The notes below the pieces were generated by a model, which saw nothing but the letters and a program-made list of their open reading frames with translations, was not told the origin of the DNA and searched no databases. DNA of 64,000 nucleotides from Ylistrum balloti (taxonomy: Eukaryota): positions 1,116,001 to 1,180,000 of the forward strand of contig NW_026782363.1 of the NCBI RefSeq assembly GCF_031769215.1, in the 5' to 3' direction. A program made the translations under genes and the position numbers. This document shows, one piece after another, positions 29,167 to 42,500 of this stretch. Numbering within the stretch: the stretch's first letter is position 1; each line of letters starts with the position of its first letter.

Positions 29167-29344
29167 AGCAGATTTATATTCTGTTGAGTAAATATACTTA
29201 AATGATACAAAGTGTTTTTACTCATTTACAAAAATATCGGATAAGTGAAGAAAATACGGATAAGCGAGATTAATAAACCACTCTGTAAGTCAGGTAACAC
29301 ATCAGGTAACACACAACAGGTAACACATCAGGTAATTGAGATAA

Positions 29345-31195
29345 AAAATGTCAATGGCTGATTATTCATCAGGTTGGCGAGGTAATTATTCATCGGGTTG
29401 GCGAGGTAATTATTCATCAGGTTGGTGAGGTTGTCTATCATCAGGTTGGTGAGGTAGTCTATCATCTGGTTGGTGAGGTAATTATTCATCAGGTTGGTGA
29501 GGTAGTCTATCATCAGGTTGGTGAGGTAGTCTATCATCAGGTTGGTGAGGCAATTATTCATCAGGTTGGCGAGGTAATTATTCATCAGGTTGGTGAGGTA
29601 GTCTATCATCAGGTTGTTGAGGAAGTCTATCATCAGGTTGGTGAGGTAATTATTCATCAGGTTTGTGAGGTAGTCTATCATCAGGTTGGTGAGGTAGTCC
29701 ATCATCAGGTTGGTGAGGTAGTCCATCATCAGGTTGTTGAGGAAGTCTATCATCAGGTTGGTGAGGTAATTATTCATCAGGTTTGTGAGGTAGTCTATCA
29801 TCAGGTTGGTGAGGTAGTCCATCATCAGGTTGGTGAGGTAGTCCATCATCAGGTTTGTGAGGTAGTCTATCATCAGGTTGGTGAGGAAGTCTATCATCAG
29901 GTTGGTGAGGTAATCTATCATCAGGTTGGTGAGGTAATCTATCATCAGGTTGGTTGGTGAGGTAGTCCATCATCAGGTTGGTGAGGTAGTCCATCATCAG
30001 GTTGGTGAGGTAGTCTATCATCAGGTTGGTGAGGTAGTCTATCATCAGGTTGGTGAGGTAATTATTCACCAGGTTTGTGAGGTAGTCTATCATCAGGTTG
30101 GTGAGGTAGTCTATCATCAGGTTGGTGAGGTAATTATTCATCAGGTTTGTGAGGTAGTCTATCATCAGGTTGGTGAGGTAGTCTATCATCAGGTTTGTGA
30201 GGTAGTCTATCATCAGGTTGGTGAGGAAGTCTATCATCAGGTTGGTGAGGTAGTCCATCATCAGGTTGGTGAGGTAGTCTATCATCAGGTTGGTGAGGTA
30301 GTCTATCATCAGGTTGGTGAGGTAATCCATCATCAGGTTGGTGAGGTAGTCCATCATCAGATTGGTGAGGTAGTCTATCATCAGGTTGGTGAATTTGTCT
30401 ATCATCAGGTTGGTGAGGTAGTTATTCATCAGTTTGGTGAGGTAGTCTATCATCAGGTTGTTGAGGTAGTCCATCATCAGGTTGGTGAGGTAGTCTATCA
30501 TCAGGTTGGTGAGGTAGTCTATCATCAGGTTGGTGAGGTAATCTATCATCAGGTTGGTGAGGTAGTCTATCATCAGGTTGGTGAGGTAATCTATCATCAG
30601 GTTGGTGAATTTGTCTATCATCAGGTTGGTGAGGTAGTTATTCATCAGTTTGGTGAGGTAATTATTCATCAGGTTGGTGAGGTAGTCTATCATCAGGTTG
30701 GTGAGGTAGTCTATCATCAGGTTGGTGAGGTAATTATTCATCAGGTTGGTGAGGTAGTCTATCATCAGGTTGGTGAGGTAGTCTATCATCAGGTTGGTGA
30801 GGTAATCTATCATCAGGTTGGTGAGGTAGTCTATCATCAGGTTGGTGAGGTAGTCCATCATCAGGTTGGTGAAGTAATTATTCATCAGGTTGGTGAGGTA
30901 GTCTATCATCAGGTTGGTGAGGTAGTCCATCATCAGGTTGGTGAGGTAGTCCATCATCAGGTTGGTGAGGTAGTCCATCATCAGGTTGGTGAGGTAGTCT
31001 ATCATCAGGTTGGTGAGGTAGTCTATCATCAGGTTGGTGAGGTAATCTATCATCAGGTTGGTGAGGTAATTATTCACCAGGTTGTTGAGGTAATTATTCA
31101 TCAGGTTGGTGAGGTAATTATTCATCAGGTTGGTGAGGTAATTATTCACCAGGTTGGTGAGGTAATTATTCATCAGGTTGGTGAGGTGGTCTATT
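29345..31195. repeat. 24-bp minisatellite (ggttggtgaggtagtctatcatca)
   Basis: About 75 copies; a 4-bp duplication near 29950 shifts the frame of the artefactual ORFs. Confidence 0.95.
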
Positions 31196-31449
31196 ATCGT
31201 TCCCTTTTATAACCTATACCCTCCAATATCTGACCACTGTCTTTCCCGATTTCGACACACCCCCGTGAACATTCAACATCTATTCTTCCATTTTCAACAT
31301 CTTCCTTCTTCTGTCTCTAGCATTCTATATCTTGAATCTTTCTTGTCGGCGTTTCCCCTTCCATTTTTCCTTTTATCCGCAGGTCTGAAATTTGGTCCTT
31401 TGTATCTCCCTGCGTGGCATGCACCACTCCATGTCCAATCTGTACCACT

Positions 31450-32790
31450 CTATGTCTGACCTGCACCATTCATCTACTATCACATGTCTGACATCTACTG
31501 TCTCATGTTTGACATCTACTATCACATGTCTGACATCTACTGTCTCATGTTTGACATCTACTATCTCATGTCTGACATCTACTGTCTCATGTTTGACATC
31601 TACTATCTCATGTCTGACATCTACTATCTCATGTCTGACATCTACTATCTCATGTCTGACATCTACTATCACATGTCTTACATCTACTATCTCATGTCTA
31701 ACGTCTACTTTCTCAAGTCTGACATCTACTATCTCATGTCTGACATCTACTATCTCATGTCTGACATCTACTATCACATGTCTTACATCTACTATCTCAT
31801 GTCTAACGTCTACTATCTCATGTCTGACATCTACTATCTCATGTCTGACTTCTATCTCATGTCTAACCTCTACTTTCTCATGTCTAACCTTCACTATCTC
31901 AAGTCTGACATCTACTATCTCATGTCTTACATCTACTATATCATGTCTGACATCTACTATCACATGTCTTACATCTACTATCTCATGTCTAACGTCTACT
32001 ATCTCATGTCTGACATCTACTATCTCATGTCTGACTTCTATCTCATGTCTAACCTCTGCTATCTCATGTCTAACCTCTACTTTCTCATGTCTGACATCTA
32101 CTATCTCATGTCTTGCATCTACTGTCTCATGTCTAACCTCTACTCTCTCATGTCTGACATCTATCTCATGTCTGACATCTACTATCTCCCGTCTTACTTC
32201 AACTTTCTCATGTCTAACCTCTACTATCTCATGTCTGACATCTACTATCTCATGTCTTACTTCTACTTTCTCATGCCTAACCTCTACTATCTCATGTCTG
32301 ACATCTACTATCTCATGTCTGACATCTATCTCATGTCTAACCTCTACTATCTCATGTCTGACATCTACTATCTCATGTCTGACATCTACTATCTCATGTC
32401 TGACATCTACTATCTCATGTCTTGACATCTACTATCTCATGTCTGACATCTACTATTTCATGTCTTACATCTACTATCTCATATCTTGTCTGACGTCCCT
32501 TTCTCTGATCTGACCTTTACTGTCTCGTATCTGACTTCTACTGTCTAGTGGCTGGTCTCTACTAACTTATGTGTAACCTCTACTATTTCATGTCTGACAT
32601 CTACTGTCTCATGTCTAACCTCTACTATCGCATGTCTAACCTCTACTTTCTCATGTCTGACATCTATCTCATGTCTAACCTCTACTTTCTCATGTCTGAC
32701 ATCTATCTCATGTCTAACCTCTACTATCTCATGTCTAACCTCTATTTTCTCATGTCTGACATCTACTATCTCACGTCTGACATCTACTAT
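31450..32790. repeat. 21-bp minisatellite (atgtctgacatctactatctc) with 18-bp variants
   Basis: Directly visible tandem array; generates ORFs in several frames. Confidence 0.95.
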
Positions 32791-34749
32791 CTGATGCCTG
32801 GCCCCACGTTCTCGAGTCTAATATCTGGTCTCTTCCATTACATCACTTGCATATTTCGTCTTGTGTCTGAACTGTATTCCTAGTAGATACTACATCACTT
32901 CTACTCTCTTATGTCTCACTCATTATCACGTCTGACTTCTACCCGATGTGACTACCGTCTTAAGTCTTACCCTTCTACTCTTCCTTGTCAGACCGAAAAT
33001 GCCCATTTCTGATCGTCACGTGATATTGTATGATTGTCCCTGTTTTAACATTTTGCCAGGTAGAATACCAAACACCACCTGCTGCATCAGAAAGTTTGGT
33101 TCAGCTTTTGATCAGTAGAGATAGTGCCGTTAATCCGAACGCTGAAATTTTAGTAGTATTTCATGAACTTTAATCCGTGTAGGAATATAAAATATTCCAG
33201 ATTCATGCATTTGCTGTACTCTACCGAATCCATCATTACAGTGATACCATTACCCCGAGCACCGGATCCAGATTGACAAACCGAAAGTAGAATAAAGATA
33301 CTTTTATAAACGTATGCCCGAAATTTCTTATTAGAATCACAGTATATTTATCAACAACAAGACATGAATACGTTTCGTAAGTTTATTTATCGTATTAACA
33401 AGTATAAAAGTGTAAAAGTCTTTATACAGACACATCTGTACAGCACTGGCATGTTTGGAAAACAAACGGTAATATCTGAACCTTACACAAACTCTGTGTA
33501 CACCATCTTTTATACAGTAGCCATTTTCACAATAATATTTAGAAGACATTTTGTCTACATAAATGCATCAGAGATGTTATATCTAATGCCAGTATTAGAA
33601 AATAAGTAAAGAAAAGCAAGTTTTCATTTTACTCTGAGAATTATACAACATTCTTCTCAATTACTGCACCAGAGGCACAAGAGGTTGTGAGTCATGTGAC
33701 ACATTGAGCGTGTCCTACCCACGCCTTGCCCTATCTCATTCACGCTACCTGTTCCCAGGCCACAACACATAAAACACAAGGTTCACAAAAAACATCAGAA
33801 AAACTAAACCTTATAAAAAAAATAACAGAGACTAGTACAACATAACCAAAAACAAACATTGAAGTAGATGATGAAGGTGCCGGGAATGTAACAGCGTCAC
33901 CAAAACGTTTCCAGTTGACTCTGACAGTGTGATAAGTAGGTAAAAAGTCACTTGGCATGCTTCCAAAATGACACCACTCCTATATTGTGATTGGACGAGA
34001 GTTCATCCATCTCATTGGCTGTGGGAGTTTACAGCGACAGTTTACCATGTCGATTACGAGAACAGGTAAGAGACAGAAAAGGAAAATACAGAAGGTTAGA
34101 GGATAAAGGAGAATGGATGTATGTAACCTCTGGAATGATTTGGTGAGGTTATTGTGTACACTACAGTATATAATGTAGCCTCATCTGATATATAACAACA
34201 TAAAAATCTCAGGTGTTTGACAGTCTGTGGAGTCTACCATATTTGTATCCATAAACATCAAACATAACAAAACAAGCCAATATAAACAAGAAAACAAAAA
34301 CGCCTTATATACAACAAATATACTTTTTACACGTGCGTGTTCCATTCTTGTGAGCGCTCCCGTGAATTTGGGTTTCAAAAAAACTCAGATGATGACGATG
34401 ATGTACAATGAGAGTATTATTCATGTCAGTTTCGCGGGATGGTGTTTCGTCTAACGATGATAATGTTTGTTTCTTATGTTCTACATTTACCTCCGTGATC
34501 AGACCGGACGTCAATACATGCTGGTCATTAACCTCATTTAATACTTACACGAACACACAAGGATGAAACGAGCATGATAAACATACAATATAACACTAGT
34601 GGACTATATATATCTTACCCATAATAAAGGCTCATTCATATACTTCATATATATATACTATTACACAGGGGCAAGACACTATCTAAATGTCGTAAGATTA
34701 TTGCAAATAAATAGGTCTTGCACATCTATCCATCCCTCGGCCCATTGTC

Positions 34750-34925
34750 CAGCCCCTTCCCACCCCATCAGCCCATCCCCACCCCATCAGCCTCTCCCCA
34801 CACCATCAGCCCCTCCCCACACCATCAGCCCCTCCCCACCCCATCAGCCTCTCCCCACCCCATCAGCCTCTCCCCACACCATCAGCCCCTCCCCACACCA
34901 TCAGCCCTTCCCCACCCCATCAGTC
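34750..34925. repeat. C-rich ~19/20-bp minisatellite (ccccaccccatcagcctct)
   Basis: About 8-9 copies; the minus strand carries GGGG runs. Confidence 0.9.
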
Positions 34926-36586
34926 CCTCGGTGTACTATTCCCCAATGCTTTACCATCCCACCAACCCCTCGGTTTGTACCACATCCCTGTATCAGCAAC
35001 AGTTTATAATGAGTTAACACTATACATCAGTTAACTGTAATGAGGTGTGAATATAGGGGTACTGTGGCTTACTTACATCATATACATTGTCGGTCCGCCG
35101 AATCAAACCATTTCAAAATAGCTGGCATCATGTAGTTCATATGTTTATGATAAACGTAAACCATCTTAGCGTTGTTATAAAATTATATTTTTTTGATAAA
35201 AAGGGAAAAAAAATCTTAATCTATTTTTTTCTGGTATTGTAGTACAGGGAGCTGAACATTTTATTTCACACTACAGTCCTATAATCCCCCCCCATTAAAA
35301 AAAACATGTAATCGGAGATTCTTGAGGGTTTTTTTCAGTTTGTACACAGTCAAATCAACTTTCCTCTATGTGACTGTGTCTGAAGTCGAACCATGATTAC
35401 CTTTTTTTAAGGAATATCTTTACAACATATTACATAAAAGAGAAGTAAAATAAGCTCATCCATAATTACTAAAAATCAACCAGAAAACATAAAACACCAA
35501 AATGCATTCTCATACACATAACTCCAAAACATAAGGGAAAAACATTACGCAATCTTTGATTCGTACATGCATTTTCGCCACTAAACATTTTATAGTTATA
35601 ACAAAGCATGCGTATTCCCTTAAAAGGCTTAGATCAGAAATAAAAATCATTACACCTCCTGCTTGTGAACTCTGAATGATTTAGTGTCCAACAGAAGGAC
35701 TTTACCGGGCTCAACAAAAATAAACTCTTCTCTATATTATCTGTAGTTCATAAATCAACATCCAGCCGAGTGTCTACATACCATCATGTATGTCTAAATT
35801 TTCCCTCGTTAGGGTTAACAGGTCAATCTAAATGGTAGCGACAAGACTAGCTAGATTAATTCCTGTCACGTGATAACAGAGAGTTTGAACACGTGTCACT
35901 GGGCTGTATAATGCGTATGGTCTGGATAACACTTAACTATTCATAATTTCAAAACTGTTTTGAATTGTAGATATTTGAAATTTTGACTGAAAACTGGAAA
36001 TATCAAATGTTTTTAAACTGGGAGCGTTATAATTCAGGTGCTTTATAGGAAGTTCTATTTTTGGAGCTTTAATCCTCAAAAATAAAAAATAAAAATCGAA
36101 CGCAAATAAGTGATTTGCAATATCTGAAAATTTTGGCCAAAAAAAAACCGAAAGAAAAAACAAGCAAAAAAAGTTTATATAATTTGAATGTAGGCCTTAT
36201 GTCAATATGCTATCTGTAACTTCCAAAACGGTTATAGACATTTTAGAATTTTGTAATTTTGAATTGTTAAACGTTACACAAACAATACTATGTATATAAC
36301 AAATCTATATCTTTAAGAAAACTATATATAACTTCTCTATCTAGCTTCTCCTGCTGTTATATTCCTGGAACTACCTACACGTTGAGCAATTTTTCTGACC
36401 ACATATTTCAATTCTATTGTAAATCTGTGTTTCTAACTAAGAACACTGGTATAATGTCAATTTAAAAATGATATGACATATAGTAAACACGAATGTCACT
36501 GACAGGTGCAAACCGATATAATCAGGACCTATACCTGACTTAATATTTCAAAACCAAGAAAATTATTGGCGTATTTTGTCGACACA

Positions 36587-39500
36587 TTAAAGAAGAATGC
36601 TTGAACATCCCTCTCCGGGTACTACCTGTAAGTCATCTGGACACTCTGTGTAACTGAAGCATTCTGGAGGGGGAGGAGATGCTTCCTCCTCCCTAATTAT
36701 CTCTTGCATCCATATAGCGTCTTTTTCGTTAAGGTTTGGGGTTGTAGACCATAGTACAGGTATAGGTGCCCACAAGTCAGTCAACTCCTTAGGGGGAGGT
36801 GTGACGGTGCGTTCAGGTCCTTCCATTGGTGTAGGTGTCCAGTTGTGTACAGTCCTCTCCTTCGGTGCAGGAGTCCAGCTATATTCACACCTCTCTTTCG
36901 GAGCAAAGGTCCAGCTGTATACTGACTCGTCTGTGGGAGGAGGTGTCCCGTTATATGCAGGTTGCTCGCCACGGGCAGGGGTCCTATTGCACATAGGTTC
37001 CTCCTTAGTGGGAGGCGTCCAGATGCACGTAAGGTCGTCCTTCGGGGGAGGAGTCCAGATGCATGTAAGGTCTTCCTTCGGGGGAGGGGTCCAATTGCAG
37101 ATAGGCTCCTCCTTAGGGGGAGGAGTCCAAATGCTTGCATGTTCTTCCTTAGGGGTGGAGGTCAGACCCAGTTCAGACATTATCCACTCTTTTTCATCCA
37201 AGAGGGACTGGCACTTTTCACTTAGAAATCTGTGTCTTTCTTTCTCCTTTTCTAATTCCTAAAACACGGAAAAAATTAAATGTCACAAAGTACATAACAG
37301 TACACTTGATTTGTGGTACCGCTTATCAATTTTAGGACGCATGTGTACACGTGTTATTAAATATGGATGTTGTCTTGTCACGTGTGTGACTGTTGATATT
37401 CAGGTGTACTCAAATTTATGTACGTGTGTACAATGTATTTTATACTCACATGTACGCACACCGTGTATTCATGAATATGCATATTGTGAGCTCACATGCA
37501 AATATCTTATGCACTCAAGTGTACTTATATTAGGTACTCATGTGTACCCACTCTATGTTCGCATGTATATGTATGTATTGTGTACTTACAGAGAAGTATG
37601 CTGTGTACTTACGTATACGTATGTGTGTACTCACGTGCAGGTTTATTGTGTACTTAGGTGTACGTATGCAGTATACTTCCGTGTACGTATAAGTGTTCTC
37701 ACGTGTACGTATAGTATACTCACTTGTTCTAATTCCTTCTGTTTATTCTTTCGCTTCTGTCGACACCTAACTGCAGCTTCCCTATTTTTCTCTTTTCTGT
37801 TCGCCACTTTCGTTTTCTCCTCGTTAGTTAACTGTGAACATGTACAGAAACACTAAGACACATACACCGTATAATATAACCACTCTATACTTTGTATAAG
37901 ACGATCAATATCCTCTACACTATAAAATGAAATAGACACAATCTTTCCACTAAAATAATGTATATTTAAACAATATTTACACAATACGAACACAGACAAG
38001 ATATATAGTATCAACACATCTTCTGAATCTCAAAATCCACTATTCTTTTTCTTTTCTTTCTGTTTTCTTTTTTTTCACTATGAAATATTCTAACCAAAGA
38101 TGAACTCACCGGTGTCTTGACTGGATTTTTCATTTCAACTTTTAACTCATCCAGACCTCTCTCTAGTCTTGAATGTTGGATTTTAGTCCATAATTCCTCT
38201 TTAAGCAGTGGAGTTATCACCCCTGTTTTTATGGCTTTATTTTCTGCTATCTGTAGTTTTAGGTCTGTGCGCTCCTCGGGCCACATTGGCAGGTCCCCGT
38301 CCATCTATACATAAAATAATCAGGATTATACTGTATATCGTAAACTCCGTCTACATCTACAGGAAACAAACAAAACAGTAACTAGTAATCATAACTAAGA
38401 GAGTTGCCTCCCCTGATGGCAATCACATTGTTTACAAGATAAGCCAAGTCATATATATACGACGGACAAGAAACAGATTTAAAGATTCAAGATTTTATTT
38501 CTTCACTCATCCCTAGTTTTCTAGAAACCTACAAAATTGTCAAGGATAGTAGTGTTGCATATTTAAAAACATTCCTTTCATTTTAAAAACAGTTGGGTAG
38601 TAACAGTAATACTTTCGCATGTAATTCTGCCATGGCGCCAAAATTTGGTAAATATTACAAGTAAATAAAAAAAGGAAATTCGTCACCTACACTAATGTTA
38701 CAAAGAGGAGGACAGATTATATTTTCCCTTAGAATGCCTGACCTGTTTCTGTAGGAAATGTCAATCTAGATGTCCTGAATTTAGCAATTATATCTCTTTT
38801 TTCCAAACATTTCTTTATGTTTTTATCTGTCCAAAATCATTGAGACTGATACGCCATCTTTTTAATTGATTGATGCCATTACCCTTTTCAGTGTTGATTT
38901 GCTTGCTGAATATGTGTCTTGAAAAATCCATAAAACGTTCATTCCTAAATTTCCCAATACTTTTACAATATTTTCCAACCATTTCAACTTACATATTTTA
39001 TTATTACTTTGCTGTAAGTCATACATTATTTTGTAAATCGTTCCTGGAAGACTTGTCCCGACAAATTATACCAATACATTATCATTTTACAACCAATATT
39101 GCTTTTAACAGGATATTTATTGGTTTCTCCGTACACCATGAAATTAGATGTCCTCCCTCCTAGATTTAGCAGTCTCTTACAAAACTGTTATTGAATCCTT
39201 CCTATACAAGTAATATTTCCAAAATCCCAAACATCTGCACCGTATGTCAAATCTGGCAGAACAATTGAATCAAACAGTTTCAACTGACGATCGATCGGTA
39301 AAGGAACATTTCTGATTTTTTTTCTACGGAACAAAGTGAATAAAAGAGGATGGCAATATTACCAGAGAGAAAGACAGAAAACTAATACCACGGAGGTTAT
39401 ACCCACTGTTATCTATACTAACAGAAATACATGTGTTTACACAAGAGCGGTTACACTCCAGGGTAAGTGTGATGTCAGTGTTATATTAACGACCTGAATA

Positions 39501-42500
39501 ATCCAAATCCTAGGATCCTCGTACTCGTACTGATATCATTTCATATTTCATCGGTGACGACGTTTCTTTAAACTTTCAATTTATCAAACAAACCACAAGA
39601 GAAAATTATAATTTCGTTCAGTATACATAATGTACATGTTTCACTTAAACATTTAAACTTTATTTATTTATTAATTTATTTATTTATTTAAAGGCTAAAC
39701 GTTTGCTATTACTTTGTAGACCGTTTGCCGCACTAAGCTCATTGTTCCCAGTCTACTGGACGAACCACCGATGTAAGATATGGGTTTACGCTACGTTATT
39801 TAAACATACACATTTGTCTCTGTGGTAGGTCCGGAAAATCATTAAAATATGTTTTAGCAATAATATTAGAACTTAATTACTACATTAATATAAACATGCA
39901 CTTTTATAAAAGTTCACATAAACATCAAGCAAATCTACAACATATAGAATAAATAAAGACTAATTCTACTTTGGAAACCAACATGTCGCCAAGATACTAA
40001 CTTTGGTACAGAAACTCAGCGTATAATTAGACCTGGCCAAGGCATTACCAAAACCATGGTTAGTTTGCTTCAAAACACGAGTATCATTGTGATACCTACT
40101 AACAACACAAAATTACCAAACCTAAAAATACAGGTAAATGTCAGGATTTTACTGCAGAAATTGTACCATCCATGTAAATAAAGGTGTATTTATTACGTCA
40201 TATATCAGGATCTATTTCTCGAAGAGCATACATTATTCCAAAACGATAATTCAGTAAGTTGAAAATAAAACAATAAATTTGCAATATTATTGAATATCAA
40301 ACTCTCAATAATAGTATAATATCAATGTAATAAACTTCTTGAATGCACATTTTTTCAATTGTTTTACCCCGAGGGATAGGATTGTTTATAGCTGTACTGG
40401 TAGTTTAATGTTTACGTCAGATCTGGTTTGTTCTATAGTAGAACGCCTACTTGTTGAACTCTGCAAGTTTTCCGCTTGATTCTCAACAAAAAATACACGA
40501 AAATATTGCAATAATTTACACCAATTTTCCCGAAAAAATGTTTTTATCACATTTGCAACAAATTCGTACATGAATTGTCGTGCTTATTTGTACCAAATAT
40601 GTTAATGTAAATTTGGCACTTATCTACAAGAATTATACACATGAAAACTCCAATCATATCCATGAAGCACGTACGACCCGGAAATATAGATGCAAAGTTA
40701 GCATGAATATTTTACAACCAAAAATATTTTTTAAAATAATATTACATAAATTCACATCAAAGGTCTATAAATATTACTCAAAGTAATGTGGCGAATATCC
40801 GAGATTATCGCGTTATTTTACTATAAATATACTGATAAATAACATACACCCATTTATAGTAAATACTCATCAATGTCCTACATTATGACAAATATCCGTG
40901 ATTATCGCGTTATTTTACTATAAATATACTGTTAAATAACATACACCCATTTATAGTAAATACTCATCAATGTCCTACATTATGACAAATATCCGTGATT
41001 ATCGCGTTATTTTACTATAAATATACTGTTAAATAACATACACCCATTTATAGTAAATACTCATCAATGTCCTACATTATGACAAATATCCGTGATTATC
41101 GCGTTATTTTACTATAAATATACTGTTAAATAACATACACCCATTTATAGTAAATACTCATCAATGTCCTACATTATGACAAATATCCGTGATTATCGCG
41201 TTATTTTACTATAAATATACTGTTAAATAACATACACCCATTTATAGTAAATACTCATCAATGTCCTACATTATGACAAATATCCGTGATTATCGCGTTA
41301 TTTTACTATAAATATACTGTTAAATAACATACACCCATTTATAGTAAATACTCATCAATGTCCTACATTATGACAAATATCCGTGATTATCGCGTTATTT
41401 TACTATAAATATACTGTTAAATAACATACACCCATTTATAGTAAATACTCATCAATGTCCTACATTATGACAAATATCCGTGATTATCGCGTTATTTTAC
41501 TATAAATATACTGATAAATAACATACACCCATTTATAGTAAATACTCATCAATGTCCTACATTATGACAAATATCCGTGATTATCGCTTTATTTTACTAA
41601 AATGACATCCAAAGTAATATATTAGAGAAACTTACAATAAATTTCCATAAATATAACACTAAGTTAGGTGGCAAATATTCATGATTATTCCGTTATTTTA
41701 CTATAAATATATTATAAATATATTCATAAATAATATTACTAAAATTTATAGTAATATTCATCCAAGTATCCCGCAAGTTTACAGTAAATATCAAGTAAAT
41801 ATCACAATGGCCATTCTAAATTTTACATATATTTTACGTGTCGTACATTTAAACTAAAACTTGATTTCACTTTTTCATATTTATGAGTACATACTTAATT
41901 GACTCAAAAACTTAAACAAAGACGAGGCATTATATGTATCGACTGACTGGAGCTCTCTTCTCAACATGCTCTTATACCACCAACAGAAAGACTTGACAAA
42001 GAAAAGGCCAGCTACAGAGAAACAATTTGTACATGTATACACATGTGAGTTAGTACATGATATCAAAATTCAATTATCTTTTTATATGCTATCAGAAATA
42101 TCAACAAGTACATCAAAATCGCAAACACTCAAAAGAATGACCAAATGACTACATTTTAGTGTCATTACAGCTGATGTTTTTTATCATACAAACGGGTTTG
42201 TTGTAATTTCCCAACACTACAAACTTTTAATTTAAAACCAAGTTTAGTAAAAATTGTATTATTGATAAGACAACGCTAAATCTTGTGTAACACCACACTG
42301 CCATCACTTAAGTTAGATTTATAAGCACATTGCATGCTTAGCTAATTATTCACATTAATGCTGTATATTTCATAGAAAAAAGAAATTGTTTGAATCGCCG
42401 TAAGTTGAAACAAATAATATCACAGGAAGATTTGATGTTACGGTATCAGATACGTAATGACATTAGCTCGGTATCCAGAATTTAAATGCCACAAACCGGT

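Noticed and set aside
29328-31212. Long ORFs on both strands (MIDYLTNL and HQVGEVVY repeats, up to 467 aa)
   Set aside because: Product of a 24-bp unit (multiple of 3); open on both strands, broken by a 4-bp duplication near 29950, and no unique coding flanks or splice context.
31373-32883. ORFs of 313-373 aa (VRHEIVD, SCLTSTI, MSDIYYL repeats)
   Set aside because: A 21-bp minisatellite open in three frames at once; the 3-bp indels fit slippage at the internal cta repeat and need no selection for coding.
33740-34080. CCAAT boxes, an AP-1 site nearby and candidate first exons on either strand, possibly the promoter of gene B
   Set aside because: Several mutually exclusive readings with no sequence evidence to choose between them.
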